Shown: positions 27,825 to 41,300 of the stretch, one piece after another | Layout: each line of letters begins with the position of its first letter | Position numbering within the stretch: the first letter of the stretch is position 1 | NCBI GenBank assembly: GCA_000934665.2 | Contig: KZ538095.1 | Coordinates: forward strand, 62,001 to 126,000 | Direction: 5' to 3' | Source of the DNA: Catajapyx aquilonaris | Taxonomy: Eukaryota | DNA: 64,000 nucleotides | Position numbers and translations under genes: made by a program | Notes under the pieces: model-generated | Database searches by the model: none | What the model saw: only the letters and a program-made list of their open reading frames with translations | What the model was told of the DNA's origin: nothing

Positions 27825-28190
27825 TTTTGCGGTTAGCACGTTGACAGATCTCACCGCTGACACGTCAGTACCTCAAGTGTAAACCACAGAATCTCTTTTG
27901 GGAACGACTCTATAACGCTTGGTGGGTTTTAAAATGAGCAACTAAGGAGGGCGGAAGTCGTAATATAGGGCGCGTTTTCAAAGCGCAGATGACGCCTTAT
28001 GGCTTGTAAAAAAGTTGAGGTAGTCAAAAGCCCTCTTTTGATGACAAGGTTTACATTCCAAAACAGGCGAATGAGGAGGGAGAAGTCTGAGCTGTGTTTG
28101 TGGAGAAAAGGAACAGGATGTTTTCATGTAGCTGGTGGCAGCCGCTTAGGGCGCATGCGTCCTTTGATTTATTTTACTAGCCTTATGTGA
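27825..28190 (+). pseudogene. Candidate decayed ANTP/Hox-class homeobox exon (pseudogene relic)
   Basis: One frame from 27927 reads F*NEQLRRAE-VVI*G-AFSKRR*R-LMACKKVEVVKSPLLMTR-FT-FQNRRMRREKSEL. FQNRRM (28056-28073) is exact helix-3 consensus. The next codons agg agg gag are each one base from aag tgg aag and are followed by aag (KWKK). F8/Q12/L13/E17 and L26..K30K31..E33..L40..R43 have homeodomain spacing. Three in-frame stops, indels and loss of W48 make it non-functional. A strong acceptor (ttttattttcattttgtttcAG) ends at 27824. Confidence 0.45.
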
Positions 28191-28468
28191 GTCCCAGTTG
28201 GCCATTTTTTGGCACTTTGACACTTGACAAGTCCCCCCTGTTAGGGTTTTCAAAAATATTTATGGCCACACTTTCAACAGCCCTGCAAGTGCCAAAATCA
28301 TACGTTTATACTTCCGAGTAAATATGTATTGTTTTCATATGTTCCTGAAACCTTGCAGCTTATGTAGACAATCCGACATATCAGCTATGTGGAATGTATT
28401 ATAAATAATTCCACCAAAATTTGGGATATTCTGCATTCATACGTATAAATATTATCAGTGCCAATTTT

Positions 28469-28796
28469 TTAAATAAATTTTACCCCGTGATAGGGCTGAG
28501 GCGCTGAGTACTTATAGGGGGTGGCACACCACCATCAGTTTTCTAGAGTGTTTACTTCATGCTCCAGTGCAAGGAATCAAGGACACAGTGTAAGGATATG
28601 GATTCTTGGGAAGGGGATACGGGTGCAAGTGCATTGTCTCAAATTGGGCCATGTGCAGTCCCCCAGGAGGTTAGGTCGCCAGACACCTCCAAGGTGTAGG
28701 TCAGAGACCCTCCCGACGCATGTGAAAGGGATCGAACCTGGGGCCTTTCACTCAGCAAGCCGAGACGTTACCATCTCGTCCACCACACCTCCCCCA
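28469..28796 (-). mobile_element. tRNA-derived SINE
   Basis: On the minus strand there is an A-box-like TGGACGAGATGG (28782-28771) and a B-box GGTTCGATCC (28738-28729), followed by about 250 nt of non-tRNA body and an A/T-rich tail. CCAATTTT direct repeats (28461-28468, 28797-28804) flank it as a putative TSD. No intact cloverleaf. Confidence 0.75.
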
Positions 28797-31700
28797 CCAA
28801 TTTTGAATATTTGCCACACCCTTTATTGTTGTTGTTGTTGAGGAATATTTTAACTTGGCTTTACACTGTTGAATATCTGCTAGAGAAACTGTTCCCCATA
28901 TAAGCGAAAAAGCTGGATATGGAATTAAACTTGGTCTGAAACGACCCTCTCCATAATTCTGATGCACTAACCTCCCCACTGCGATATCCCCGCAACGTCT
29001 ACCAAAAAAAGACACTGGATATAATTAGGCTAGCCCGAATCTGTGCGACGATGGCCTCGGCATCAACCATATTCAAATATATCTAGTCTTTATGGGTAAT
29101 TAAGCCCAGAGTAGAACACATGCGCTTGCCGCAGCAGCACGCGATTAGCCAACAGCTTTATATCCTTACCCCCCCCCCCTTCCCCTAGAAGCCTTAGCCA
29201 CCCCCCTTTTGACTAATGCTTATGCATGAATTCCCAGCTCTCCATCTTTGCCCGTGTCCTCGATTATGGGGCCCCGAATTCGCGCGCTACTTACTCCCCA
29301 TTTTCCATTCCCCTCTGCCACAATAAAGGGGATTATCTCACGGCAGTAGGGAGGTTTAGTTGTCCGAAACCCCCCCTTCGCTAGTCTGGCTGCAGCAACA
29401 CCCATCCCCGAGGTCCCTTTGCTCCTCGCCTCTTCCGCACAATCACTAATAAGAAAAGGAAGTCGCAATAAAAGTTTCAACGCATATTACTCGCTGGCAA
29501 AATTCCAAATGGCATGCCAGGAGAGGTTGGGTCGTTCATTTTACAGACAGGCTGGGATTTGGGGGGAAGGGCCCGGGCCTCTCTCCTTCTGGCAAATGGC
29601 TGCATGGTGGTTGCCAGTGTCTGGAGGAGGTATTCGCCAAAGGACTGCAAATGGCTGCCTGGGCCTTGCCTGGTTGCCTGGGCTCTGTGTGTGTGTTTGT
29701 GTTTGGAGGGAGCCTTTCTGATGCGGAGGGAGACAACTTTCGCGCCCGAACCCGCAAACAAAAGGGGTAGGCTCGCTCGGGATCAGCTCCGTGATTAACT
29801 CGCTCTCAGGGAACGCTGAAGTTGCAAGTTAATGGATTCCCCTCCTCTCCTCCTACCCCCCTCTTCCCTTCTCTAGGGCTCTTCTTTTTTTGGTGGAGGA
29901 AAAGGAAGGAAGAGGCACTGATTTGGAAAGAGCGCTTAATTACTTGGGCAAAAATTGAGTAATTCGCGATGTTTGCGGTCCAATGTTGGCCCACACAACA
30001 TTGGTTTAGAAGGTGTTGGCCAGTGTTGTGACAAGGATTCAATCGGATGTATACGCCATTGTAAGTCACAAATTATATATGGCGACTATTCAATTTACAA
30101 ATAGTAGCCATGTCTCTGAAGAAATGGCATCTGACATGCAGGTCATTATTGATAGGCAATTGACTATATCAAGGGTATGGCGATTTTTGGTACTTAGTTT
30201 TAGTAGTTATCAAAAATATGAGCTGTTTATATGAGGCACTAGTTGTGAATTAAATAAATTTCCGATTAGAAATTATCTATAACAACATAACTCATATTTG
30301 CAGGCCAGACCCTCCCCCATTTGCAGAATATAAAAATGATGGGGTTATATAATTTCCGAATTTTAAATATTTTATGAAAGCATTTCATGCCTGCGAGGCG
30401 TTCCATAAACTCTTAATTCTGGCAAGAGCTGGTATGAGCAAAGACAATGCGCCGACACGACCTATTTAAAGGCAGTCTTCTTCGAGGCAACATGAATAGT
30501 TGAGAAGAAAAGGGTCCCGAATTTTTTTGTAAAAGTCTCGCACCGAGGAAATGTGGTGGCCACGTGCCAAATGAGTTTTGTTGTCGTGGCAACATGTGTT
30601 CTCGGCGAAAGGAGGGAAGAAATTGAAGTTTCACAACAAAAATGTGGAATTTTAATGAGGATTTGTGGAGGCAAGTCGAGGCAAAGGGGCAATTTTGGAC
30701 ATGCTTCGGCTTAGCAAATGAAGACTCCGTAATGGACTATCTGCTACGCTCGGCGAAACTTATTTAAATAACGATCCGGAAAGTTTTCCTTTTCCCACAA
30801 ACGTCAGAAGAGCCATGAAGCTCGATGGCTAAAGCGGACTCGTGGTGCAAGAGGGAAATTATCTACCTGATGCTTCAGATGACTTTCCCGGGGATGCTCA
30901 TTATAATTCCGAGAATAATTTACTCACTCTGATGCAGATAGGCATGTACTCACTTTCCGAGCAGCTCAGACCTCTTCCGAGACTCTTCGGACGAGTCAAC
31001 CGAGACGGTAGATATTGGACCAGATAAGGTGAATGACACAATTCGCAAGAGGCAGCACTTTTCACAGTGCAGGTCAAAGTATTTCAAGGCATTAAAGAAC
31101 AAGTCAGTTTTCAGATGAAGCAAATACCTATCTATAAATAATCATCATTTGGTACATCCTGTACAGGATCGGTCATAAAGTTTTGAAGAAACTTATCCTG
31201 CGCCATATAAACATCAGCACTTTAGCAAGGAACAGTTTCCACATTGATAGAGTGCTGATGGTCGTGTAGTGCCAGGACATGCACAATTTCTACGCTTCAA
31301 AATTAAAATGTTACCCTTCCATGTGCTATAAAACATAGACACATCGCACGTGTATACCAAGATGACAGGCTTAGGATTTGTCACGTACTTGGGCAATTTA
31401 ATGTGTATCAAGGAGCGGTATCTTTTTATCAGAGTTTGAACAGTGTTGCTGCATATTAAAATGCTGGAGCAAGTAAACATTGGTTTATGGCCGAGAGTGA
31501 TACAATCAGCAGGAGGGTGCTGGATGTGCAAATAAAATGGCAGCTGAGGGAGGGGAGGGGGAAATGTGGATGCATATCACTGCTGCTTGGTTAACCTTTG
31601 TTCTGTACACTGCACATAAAGCATATAAACAGACTTTTTGTGGAGAATTAACATTTGCGTTTTGGGCTCCATTTTGGCTAACACTGGTATTTGTGATTAT

Positions 31701-34700
31701 AAAATGGCATGGCTTATACTGTATATAAGAATGCAGACGGAAGTGTTCGTAGAAGTGAAATACCTCTACTGGAAGTTATATAAAGAAGACAAAGAGACAT
31801 TAATACAATATAGTGTGCTTTCAGTCGAAAAAAAAGACATACTACAAGTTGTAACTCTACATTATATCGGTTTGAAGTGGTAGATTGGCTCTGAAATCTA
31901 GCCTTGCATTGCATAGTTCTATTGGACTATTTCCGGGAGATCGTACTGTATGAAGCCTATATACAGTCACGCTTTCATGAAGTTCTCAACAATATTAGAA
32001 ACCGAGTGTGTTTTTGGTTCTTTTACATTGTATTAGCAAAAATGTACGTCAACTATTTTCCAAAAACACTGCATAAGGGGTTGTTGTGTGTATTTAAATA
32101 TATTAATAATGGAAAATGGTTTGATACAAAACGCTAACAATGAACATAATTATGTTCATTTATCAATTTTCCGTTGCCATTCATTAGTTCCGAGTGAATT
32201 ACTGCGTTGATAACATCCCTTTGATTCCTACTTGACCCCCATCCTGCGACGCGAACTTCAACAAACGTGCCGAACGGGAGTTAAAAGTTTATGGATCTAT
32301 CTTCGCCTCATATCAATACGGAAGCTGTTAAATAACACTTGCAGACAAAGGACATTTATTTCTCGCCCGCAATATACACCTTGCTATTCCTGGTGCAGAG
32401 AAGTTATTTTCTCTTGCCATCCGATGATTTGTAGGCGATGAGTCGCATCCTCAGCATGTGGCTTTTGTTAGTACAGAACACTTGAGTGACGGTTTATTGC
32501 TTTTCTTCGCTATTAGTAACCTCCGTCACGTGCCATATGACGATACCATGTTTACATGTTCATACATACAACTTCCCAATATACATGTATATTTTAAGGG
32601 ACCCCCCCCCCCTCCGTCCAAATATTGGCAGTGTTTGTGCCCCAGCATTGTTTACCATGTTCCGCGGGCAAAGAAATATTTGCCGGGCAAGAAGAGGTGG
32701 GTGGCAGCAAAGCAGCACAATATCCAGCGGAATGGCTGCTGCCTGGAGTCGGATGCGCCGTAGCAGCAAATCCAATGACCGCTCGCTCCGGTCCGAGGAA
32801 AATACGGGGAGTGAGTGAGAGAAAAGAAGGGGAAAAAAGAAAAGAAAAAGGAGAGAAAAAAAGAGGGCAGTTCCGGAGAGGGAAGCTTGGGAAGGCTGCT
32901 GGAAGGAGTGATATTTGTTCGGCTCATTTTGACAGGGATATTGCCATCCATTAAGGCCCCCTCCGTGATGAAGGAGGTTTTCTCTCCGCCGGAGAAGGAA
33001 GAGAAATGGACGATTTTCTCCCCCCAAACTACTCTCCAAAGGAAGAAATGAATCTGCGGAGGACGACGGCCCAAAACCCTAATGCACTGCGCAGCAGCCA
33101 TGTGCTCCTCCGAGGTGGGGATTTTATCTGGGCCTGCATCTCCAGACGAGGCCAGCAGCAATAAGACATCCCCAGCCCCTGGAAACAAATGGCTTCAGAA
33201 AAAGTGTGGCCTCGCTGGCACACTTCGAGACTATATACACCCACCACCTCTTCCCCCTATATAGTCCTAGGTTTGAAGTTGGCGGCGGTTTGCATGCTAA
33301 CAGACCTGCGCATCTCCTTGTGTAGGAAAGGACAGCGGTTAACCCCCCCGAGCAAAAAGGGCAAATTGGAGTTTGGTCGGATTGGCAGGCAGGCATTGTG
33401 GAAGACGCCTGGTCAAACAACCCTGGCGAATATGGTGTCCGGATTCAGTGTCACCCTGGGTTCCCAAACTCCACTCTTCTCCCTTAAGAGGATGAGGACC
33501 ACCCAATGGCCGAGTAAATCTTAAGCAAAGGGGACAGGGCAAAAAGGGTGCCGCTCCTCTCCTCAACAAGCGTTAAAAGCCATTCAAACTTTGCCAATTT
33601 CATTTCCCTTAATAGGGAAAGCCCCCCCTCCAGCTTCTCCACCCCCCTCTAGACACACACCATCCCACCTTTTTTTTCCCCCAACCCCTATCTACTCTTT
33701 TCCCCCCGAGCGATGGGCGCGGACAAATAAACTGGTCACTGGCCGAATGAGGCGGTGGAAAACCGAGGGAGAAAGTGGGGGGTGGAGGAGAAAAGAAAGA
33801 AAAGGAGGGAGAGAAAAAAAAGCCAAAAAAAGAGTGGAATGGGGTGCGAGAAAATGGAGGGCGGACGCGGCAGGCTTCTCGGGGTTGCGGCCCATTCGGC
33901 GCCTTAATGACATCATTTCCACCCATGCAAGGGAGAAAGAAACAAGTGAGCATCAAAGGAGAGACGCTGCCGACGCTCGAAAAAATATATATAGGGTGAG
34001 CCTTTGACCTTTGGCTGCAAATTACGAAATTTTTCAGCTCCAATTAATATTTTCTTGCTTCCGGTTCCGGTGTTGCCGGTGCGCCTGGCAGCCCCGCAAC
34101 CCGTCAGGAAAGAGAGGCTGTTAGGTGGCCTAACTGGCAGGATGGACATTTGATATGGCCCGCGACGGGGTGGAGAAAAGAGGTTGGCTAATGCGGCTTG
34201 AGCTAGGCCTAGTCGACTTGGGAGGAAAGCCGCATTGATTTTGCACTGGTGCTAACCCACCCACCCCCACCCACCCCTTGCTGCTCCAACCCTGCTAGAT
34301 TCTCTTCTCCCTTGATTTGAGGTGCTCCTCGCGTCCCCAAGACTTCCCCAAGCTTCCAAAGTTTCTGCGCCAACTTGGTTTGACTGCGCCGATCCCGCCA
34401 GGGATAAAATTATATTCGATGAACGGCATGAGAGAGGAGGGAACCGACCCCAGATCAATAGCGGGCAAAATGGCTGCATGGCAGCAGCCGCCGCTACTAC
34501 TACAAGGAAAAAGGTCGTTCACACACAGGCCTACCAATGGGCCTTGAGTGGCACATGTACACATATGCACGTGCTCGGATTTTAGCAGGCTATGTGAAAG
34601 CCTTGTCGACAAAAGGTGTTGCTATTTGCATTAAAATCAAATAGGAAAAAATTGCAATTAACCCAGACATACCTGATGTCCTATATATAGGACAACTGGG

Positions 34701-37700
34701 CATTTGCTCATAAAAGTAAATAACAAAAAAATAATTCGCAGCAATTTATTTTTGTAATATCGCACCCTTTCCCAAGTACTATGAATGTTCAGTTATTTGC
34801 CTCTACGCTTTTAAACCATGCTCGGCCATAGACTTGGAATCACAAAAAAAATGTTGATGAGTAGCAGATCCAGCATCTGGATGAGCATCTTTTGGCAGCC
34901 CTGCGAATTGCAGTGGCCGTTTCTCAGCTCCCCACTCCCCCCCTCCCCCGTCTCGCAGTTATATCCCCCATAACCTGGCGCGCTTTTACGATCCGGAGAA
35001 GGAGGCTGTTTCTACTGCCTCTGCTGCTGACTCAGGACCCGGCTTCCCGGAGACAATCGCAAGCTGATTGGAAGCCTGCGACTGCCCAGAAATGTGGAAA
35101 TTACACTTTTGACGCGAACGGAGACATGTCCCGTTCCTCTACTGCTGCTGGATGGGGGCTCGTATTTATACCTTGCACACACCCACCAGGAGATCCGGTC
35201 TTTTTGTGCGTGCTCGGTGATGCCTTTCTTCGGCGGAACATTCGGAGAAAAGAAGCCAAAACGAATGGTTCAGAATTTTAAAAAAATTGTCGAATTTCTT
35301 GGTCTGAAAATATCTTCATAACAGTCATCATTTTATTATTTTAATCAAAAATTGGCGCGTACTGAAAATACATATTGCACAGATATTACATCAGCAGCCA
35401 ATAGCACGTGGCGTCCGGGAAAGTGTAAAAAAAATGCATTTAGCGAATCGGAAAGATTGATAGCAAATATATACTGTAGTTTTCAAGCCTATTGTAAGTC
35501 AGGCGTCGTCTTTCGTCTTGTGAGTTTTAATGAATAGGGATGGTTAGTAATGGGGAAGACGGGAAGGAAAAGAAAAAAGAGGAGAAAAATCTGAAAGGCA
35601 TCAAAGTCGACAGTGCATGCCCGGAAACATGATGCATTATGCAGGAATTACCAAGCGAACAAAACTCGGCAAACTTTCTCTCCTTTCAAAAACAAATTGC
35701 TTTCATAGCCCCCGTATAAATAAGGGATCATGGGTAGGCAGCCTGCGCGATGAGACACTCCTGACTCTCAATTCTATGCCGCCATTCATAATGGAAGCCC
35801 GCTATTTGCCAGAGAACCGCTTCCTCTCCATCCAAATTACGTCATTTAAATTACGCAGCTTCGGGTCCGGGGGTGTGAAACGCGCCTTATTTTATAATGC
35901 AACTATTTGGGCAATGCCATTATGAACAATCATTGCTTAACAGCCTTAATTAATGCTGTTTGTAAATAACTTATTATACGTATGGTATACATTGTGAATT
36001 ATCATAATTTTGGCTATAATCTGCTTATTTTTTATCAGTTGTTTTTGGTACGTTATCCAAAGTAATATAGCTGCTATTATTATGTTGTTCATTGCTTGGC
36101 TATAGATTTCAATTTGGCTACTATTAGCAGTTAATACTCTTGATAACCACTGTAAAAATAAGCAACCTATGCCAACAGGATTGGATCACCTATACATTCA
36201 TAAGTAAAAATAATTATGACATAAAATGAGTCAAAAATACGCCCTGCATCTCATTAACACTAATTATTTGTTGTATAATCAACAACAGGCTGTTGATACA
36301 ATCCGGCCTCGTTGCATATTAATATTTGATAATATTTAATCCATCCGCCATTGCGAGTAAACAAAGGCAAGTTGTTCTGCACGTCACCAGAGCCCGCCAC
36401 CTGCCAACAGCACCCGCTTCCGCCTTGCACTTACATCCTCTTTCCACCCACCCACCCCCGGTTTCCAACCCCCTACCCCCATCCACCCACCCCCACACCC
36501 CACCCCACCCCTCCCCCTCTGCCCTGTCATCTCACGGTTCCGACCGCGGCTGAATTATTAAGTACGACATTTAGCCCGGCGGTGGTGGCAATGAGGGAAG
36601 AGCCATTTGCATAATGGTAAACGCTGGCTCCTCAATTATTCAGCCTAGCGGAAGCCAGCGGGCGCAAGCACCCTGCACTCCAAATATTGTAAACTATGAA
36701 AATTTGATCGAGGCGACTGCTGGGTGGGGGGTAGCTTTCAGATATAGGAGTTTAGGTGAGAGGGATTTTCAAAGCACCCAGTCGGCCAGGAGAATCATAT
36801 CAATTGTCAAATAATTTCCGGAGGATTTGTCGGCCGGAATTGATTGGGTGGCATTAATAATCGCGGGTGTGATGGCAGCGGCACACACAGTTTTTGTTTG
36901 CCAACTAGGGCCAAAATTACATTTTCATTAAATGAAGCGTCATATCGAATTTGGCATAATCCTGGTTCGACCCTGGAATCGGATCCATATGTGCAAATGT
37001 ATGCACGCGTCTCTGCACACTGGCCATTTCACGCAAGTACTCCTGGGTTACAAACACATGGAAAAACCCGACTTTACGTCCCCGTATAGATTCCGGAACC
37101 GAGGGTAATTCGCAATCATATAACCCTCCCGGACGTTGCAGGCCTATGGTTAATTGATAGAAATGAAAGCGGAGCTCCCTGAGACTTTAATTCCCTGTTA
37201 ACGCAAGTGAAACGAGCTGTTACCCAACCGCAGAGTGTAAAAGAAGTTGTGTCCCACACTAACAGAATCATGAAAACAGCGGATGAGTGAAATTAAAGTT
37301 GCATCAGTGCTAAAAGCATGCAGTCCTAAAACATTTTTGCCGGGTGAAGTTGTGGCCCTAGCTCCATCCCCCCCTAAAAAAAAAGTGCACAGCTTTTAAA
37401 ATGTGTAGAAGAGTCCCTCGTTGACACATCCCTGCATATCTACGAACTAATGAAAGCCTTTCATTTTATAGGCCCATCCTCCCTTGTTTATACGCCGCAC
37501 TCAATAAATTTAAAGCGCGCGCCCTCTCCTGGGATAGTCTTCAATCAGTGCCCATTAAGCCAGACCCACAACCTACTTGCCACCTACTAACCCATTTGGA
37601 AATCTACGCCGAAGGGGGGGAGAGAAAAAACCGGAAAAAGGAGCGGAAGTTCAGTTTACACTACCGGGTGTGTCATATAAGCCAACTAAGGCCACTGACT

Positions 37701-38274
37701 TGGCCACAAACTTTTTTTTTCTGTTTTTGAATAGTCTACTAGTTTTGGAAATGTAACTTGAGTGAATTTGGCTCACATATGGAATTTTAGGAAATAAATT
37801 TTGAGTTCAAATTTGAGTGGGATGTTTGGGAATAAAAGAGGTGGAAATATTTTGAGTGTGCTTGAGCATGATGCGTGTTTTAGCACCTTTTCGGTTGATG
37901 ATCGGGCTTGTTCGACTTGGGCGTCATACGTGGTGACGTTGGACACACACTTGCCCCCCAAATTTTATTTGGGTAGCGGGGCAGGGGGTAGACAGTGGAA
38001 CGAGGGGGGTGGAGAGGGAAAGGGTGGGGTGCATCGATTCCCAAATGGCATTTTGGAGCCCGAGCTGTATTTGCATTGAGGTTCATCAGCGATGATCCCA
38101 CACATAATTGTAACCGAGTCCAAGTGTGTCGTGGGCTGACTAACCCAGCGGAATTATTCACAAGGGTAATGCAATAGCTTGGTCATGCTGGTACCCAGCT
38201 CTGCTCTAGTGTGCTATCTGCTGCCTCTCCATAGGCTTGAATCATAATGTGGCGCCCCTTGCTAATTGCAATTA

Positions 38275-38331
38275 GGGGATTGAGGGGGTAGGGATGGAGG
38301 GGAAAAGGGAGGGGAGGATAGGGGGGGAGGG
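38275..38331 (+). other. G-quadruplex-forming tract (one example of many)
   Basis: Eight runs of three or more G with short loops. C-rich counterparts occur at about 36447-36520, 52500-52597 and 55566-55605. Confidence 0.6.
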
Positions 38332-41300
38332 CTAACCCATCCGATGCTGCACTGTGCCTCGGTGCCTTGTCGATCAATCTAAGTAGGATGCAAAAATGCG
38401 ATCCTGATCGCAACTGTATCGACTGAACATGTTCGTAAAAGTGGTGACTTATTACGCATATTTCATAGCAGGTGAGGAATAAGAAACTGTGTACGCACTC
38501 TACAATTTTTAAGAACGGTCTGGCCATTTTTTTTTTGGACAAATCTGTCCTCCCATGTACAATCCGGCTCGTTAGTCGCCCCACGTTTCCAACCCGCATA
38601 ATAATACAAGTTTAAAGTATTACTCTGTAGACTTTTAGTAATCTGGTAGTAGCCACCTAATCCTCACACGGTAGGGTTCGGACGCCTCATAATCAGCTTA
38701 TCTCAGTGCAAATCTCTTCCCACCCACCCCCTGGGTTTGCAAAGGTGAGCCAGTTAGTCACTGATCTGGCGTCATAATCAAATGAGATCAGGAAAGGATG
38801 GGTGGGTGGCTCCAGCTTCCGCCATCGGGGTAACACCGCCCCCGAAATTAAATATTTGAACTGAGCGGTCCGGGTTTACCCGCCAGATGGAGAGAGTTGT
38901 TCTTGGCCGGATTTACAAGTGATCGGGGTATGTTTATTCCGACTTTTCCACCCCCCCATCCCAGTCCACACATACACATCTCTACCAAAAAGTGCGGATA
39001 GGACTGGGTGGGAGTTGACTGAAAATCCTGGGGGCTTGCCTGCTTACCCTTGCCCACACCCGCGCCCTCTAAAACCCTGCGCTGTCACTCACCGCGACCA
39101 CGGGGAAGCGCGTGAGGTAAAGCTTATCATCAAATTACCTCGCCCACCTGCTGCGCCTCTTGCCCCTAAATCCTCTTGCCCCCTACCCGAATTTACATTG
39201 ATGCCACTCCGCTCAATATTTATCATGTTTACTTGAGCCCATCCGCAAGTTGAGGTGGGAACCAAGGCTGCCAAGAGTTGTTTTGAGGGGGAATGTGGAA
39301 CATTTTTTGGGGGTAGTGGACAGGGGGTTCCATTCATTTTGGGTGTAGAACAAGGCTAGAAATTTTGGACGACATGGGTTTGTATTATTCAGGCGTTTCT
39401 AGGGGATGGGGGGAAATGTGGGGTTGTTGCCATGCTAGGACGCTATTGCTGGGCGAATCAGCCAAAATAAGATCATAACTCGTTCCCAGTAAAAAAAAAC
39501 ATGGACAAAGTCCAATGCAGGTGCAACATAACAAACACCGCATGACTTATTGAAACTACAGCTATTACCAGTGGAGTCGTTGTCAAAAACCGAAATCATT
39601 TTATGAATGCAAACAGCATCGAATTAATGTTTTTTTTCTTTTCTTTTGTGAGTTTTTGTTGACTTTGGACATCTGCTTTGGTTTTCCATCCCCAAGAGGC
39701 CCTTCAAATTTATTTGCGGTTTCACTAGAGCTGTTGATCATAGGAAATCTATATCCTGCGAATGCATAATTGACGAAAAAGAGGGGATATCGAAGACCCT
39801 GACTATGACTTTGAAGGGGGACATGAACCACCGCATGAATGGTTAATGTGGCGTGCGGTCAGACGAGGTGACCAAGACCAGGGAGAAATAACCACAAATT
39901 ATCAAACCCAGCCACTCTCTTAGAAACAACTGGGGAGAAAAAATATATAGTTTTGGGGGGGAGCACAGTATCATCCTATAGGTTCTAATTTCAGGACAAA
40001 CAAAGAGTCGGGGTTTAATACTTAATCAGTGCGAGTCCTGGTGGGGGGTCATGCCGTGTTGGAGGGTTAGGGGGAGGGGGGGTTATTTTATTTCCATCTG
40101 AAATGCAGGGCAGGTCTCGTGTTATGATAGGCCCGACGAGCCTCACTCGCCCGTTATTGAATTAGAAAACCCCCATACTCTTTGCATAGTATTTGCAACA
40201 TTGTTTCCCCATTCAATGAATGTAATGAAGGGATCCGGCGAATCACGAACAATACAAACACGATCCGCAAGTTCATGGAATTCTGATGGTAATGCTGCCG
40301 ATCGCGCCATCAACCCCCCCACTCCCAGTGACCCCCCTCACTATACCAATCCGAGCTGTACCCCCACCCACTCCCCCCTCTCTCTACACACACACACACA
40401 CTCACACACACTGATGCCACCACCACCACCATGTCCCACCTCACAGCAATTTAAGTTAATTTCTATTTCACAGAACAATTAAGTTCTCTCATTCTATTCA
40501 TGCCAATGATTCAGATCTGGATTGCACTGTGTTCGTGTTGTACCGCATGGCGCAGACTACAGCATGTATACAGGGGGATTGGAGGTGCACAATGCGGTGG
40601 TCTTACTCAGGAGCGGATGTTTCAAAATGTTTCATTCCAGCGGGATGAGTACAGGGTGTGTCGGATCATTTTGTTAGGCCTGTCTTTTAATACATGAGCA
40701 GAGTTTGCTCATTCACATCAGTATGGGGAATGTCACCATCCTGGGTATGAACTTATGAGTGAGGATATAATATACGAAGAAGTATCTGCTCCAATGCGTG
40801 ATCTGTACGCAGACTGCCGCATATATGCATATGATTGGATCAGAAACATCAGCGGTGTTTCCATGAATTTGTTGGCCTCGTATAGTACGTACATAAAATT
40901 GAATATTAATTGGTATTATTGGCAAGACGTGTAATAAAATATTGCTCACTGTATTATTTTTGAAGAAAGAGCAAGGTTAGAGGTACACCAACTTGCTCAT
41001 GTGTAGCGATTTAGGCTCAGCTTTTATAAGCAACTTCTGAAACGTCCAGACCAGATAATATTGTGATTGTAATCCACTACGTAGTGAACAGTTCCAAAAT
41101 ACATTGTGGACTATAAGTTATTGGTTGATGAATCTATAACTGAAAAGCACAACATTTGAGGGAGGAAATGCGGGATTATTCCCCGTGCGTGTTGTTTTAT
41201 CATTGAGAAATCCAGGGTATATATCACCACGTAAAATGCCATTTGCTTCAATTATACATTGAATTTTGTATGTTTTGTTTGTCCCTCTTCCAAAAAAATC

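Noticed and set aside
28207..28297. 11-bp inverted repeat TTTTGGCACTT/AAGTGCCAAAA
   Set aside because: No TSD and little internal pairing, so it is too weak to call a MITE.
30942..31118. Met-less open frame with protein-like composition (SSDESTETVDI...)
   Set aside because: No recognisable domain and no consistent splice sites; within chance length.
35265..35280. tggttcagaat, resembling WFQN with a deletion
   Set aside because: No RR follows, and the upstream residues lack homeodomain spacing.
36961..36977. B-box-like GGTTCGACCC
   Set aside because: No convincing A-box, cloverleaf or SINE body.
37176..37199. TCCCTGAGAC, resembling the 5' end of miR-125/lin-4
   Set aside because: Only 10 nt match, and there is no complementary arm to form a precursor.
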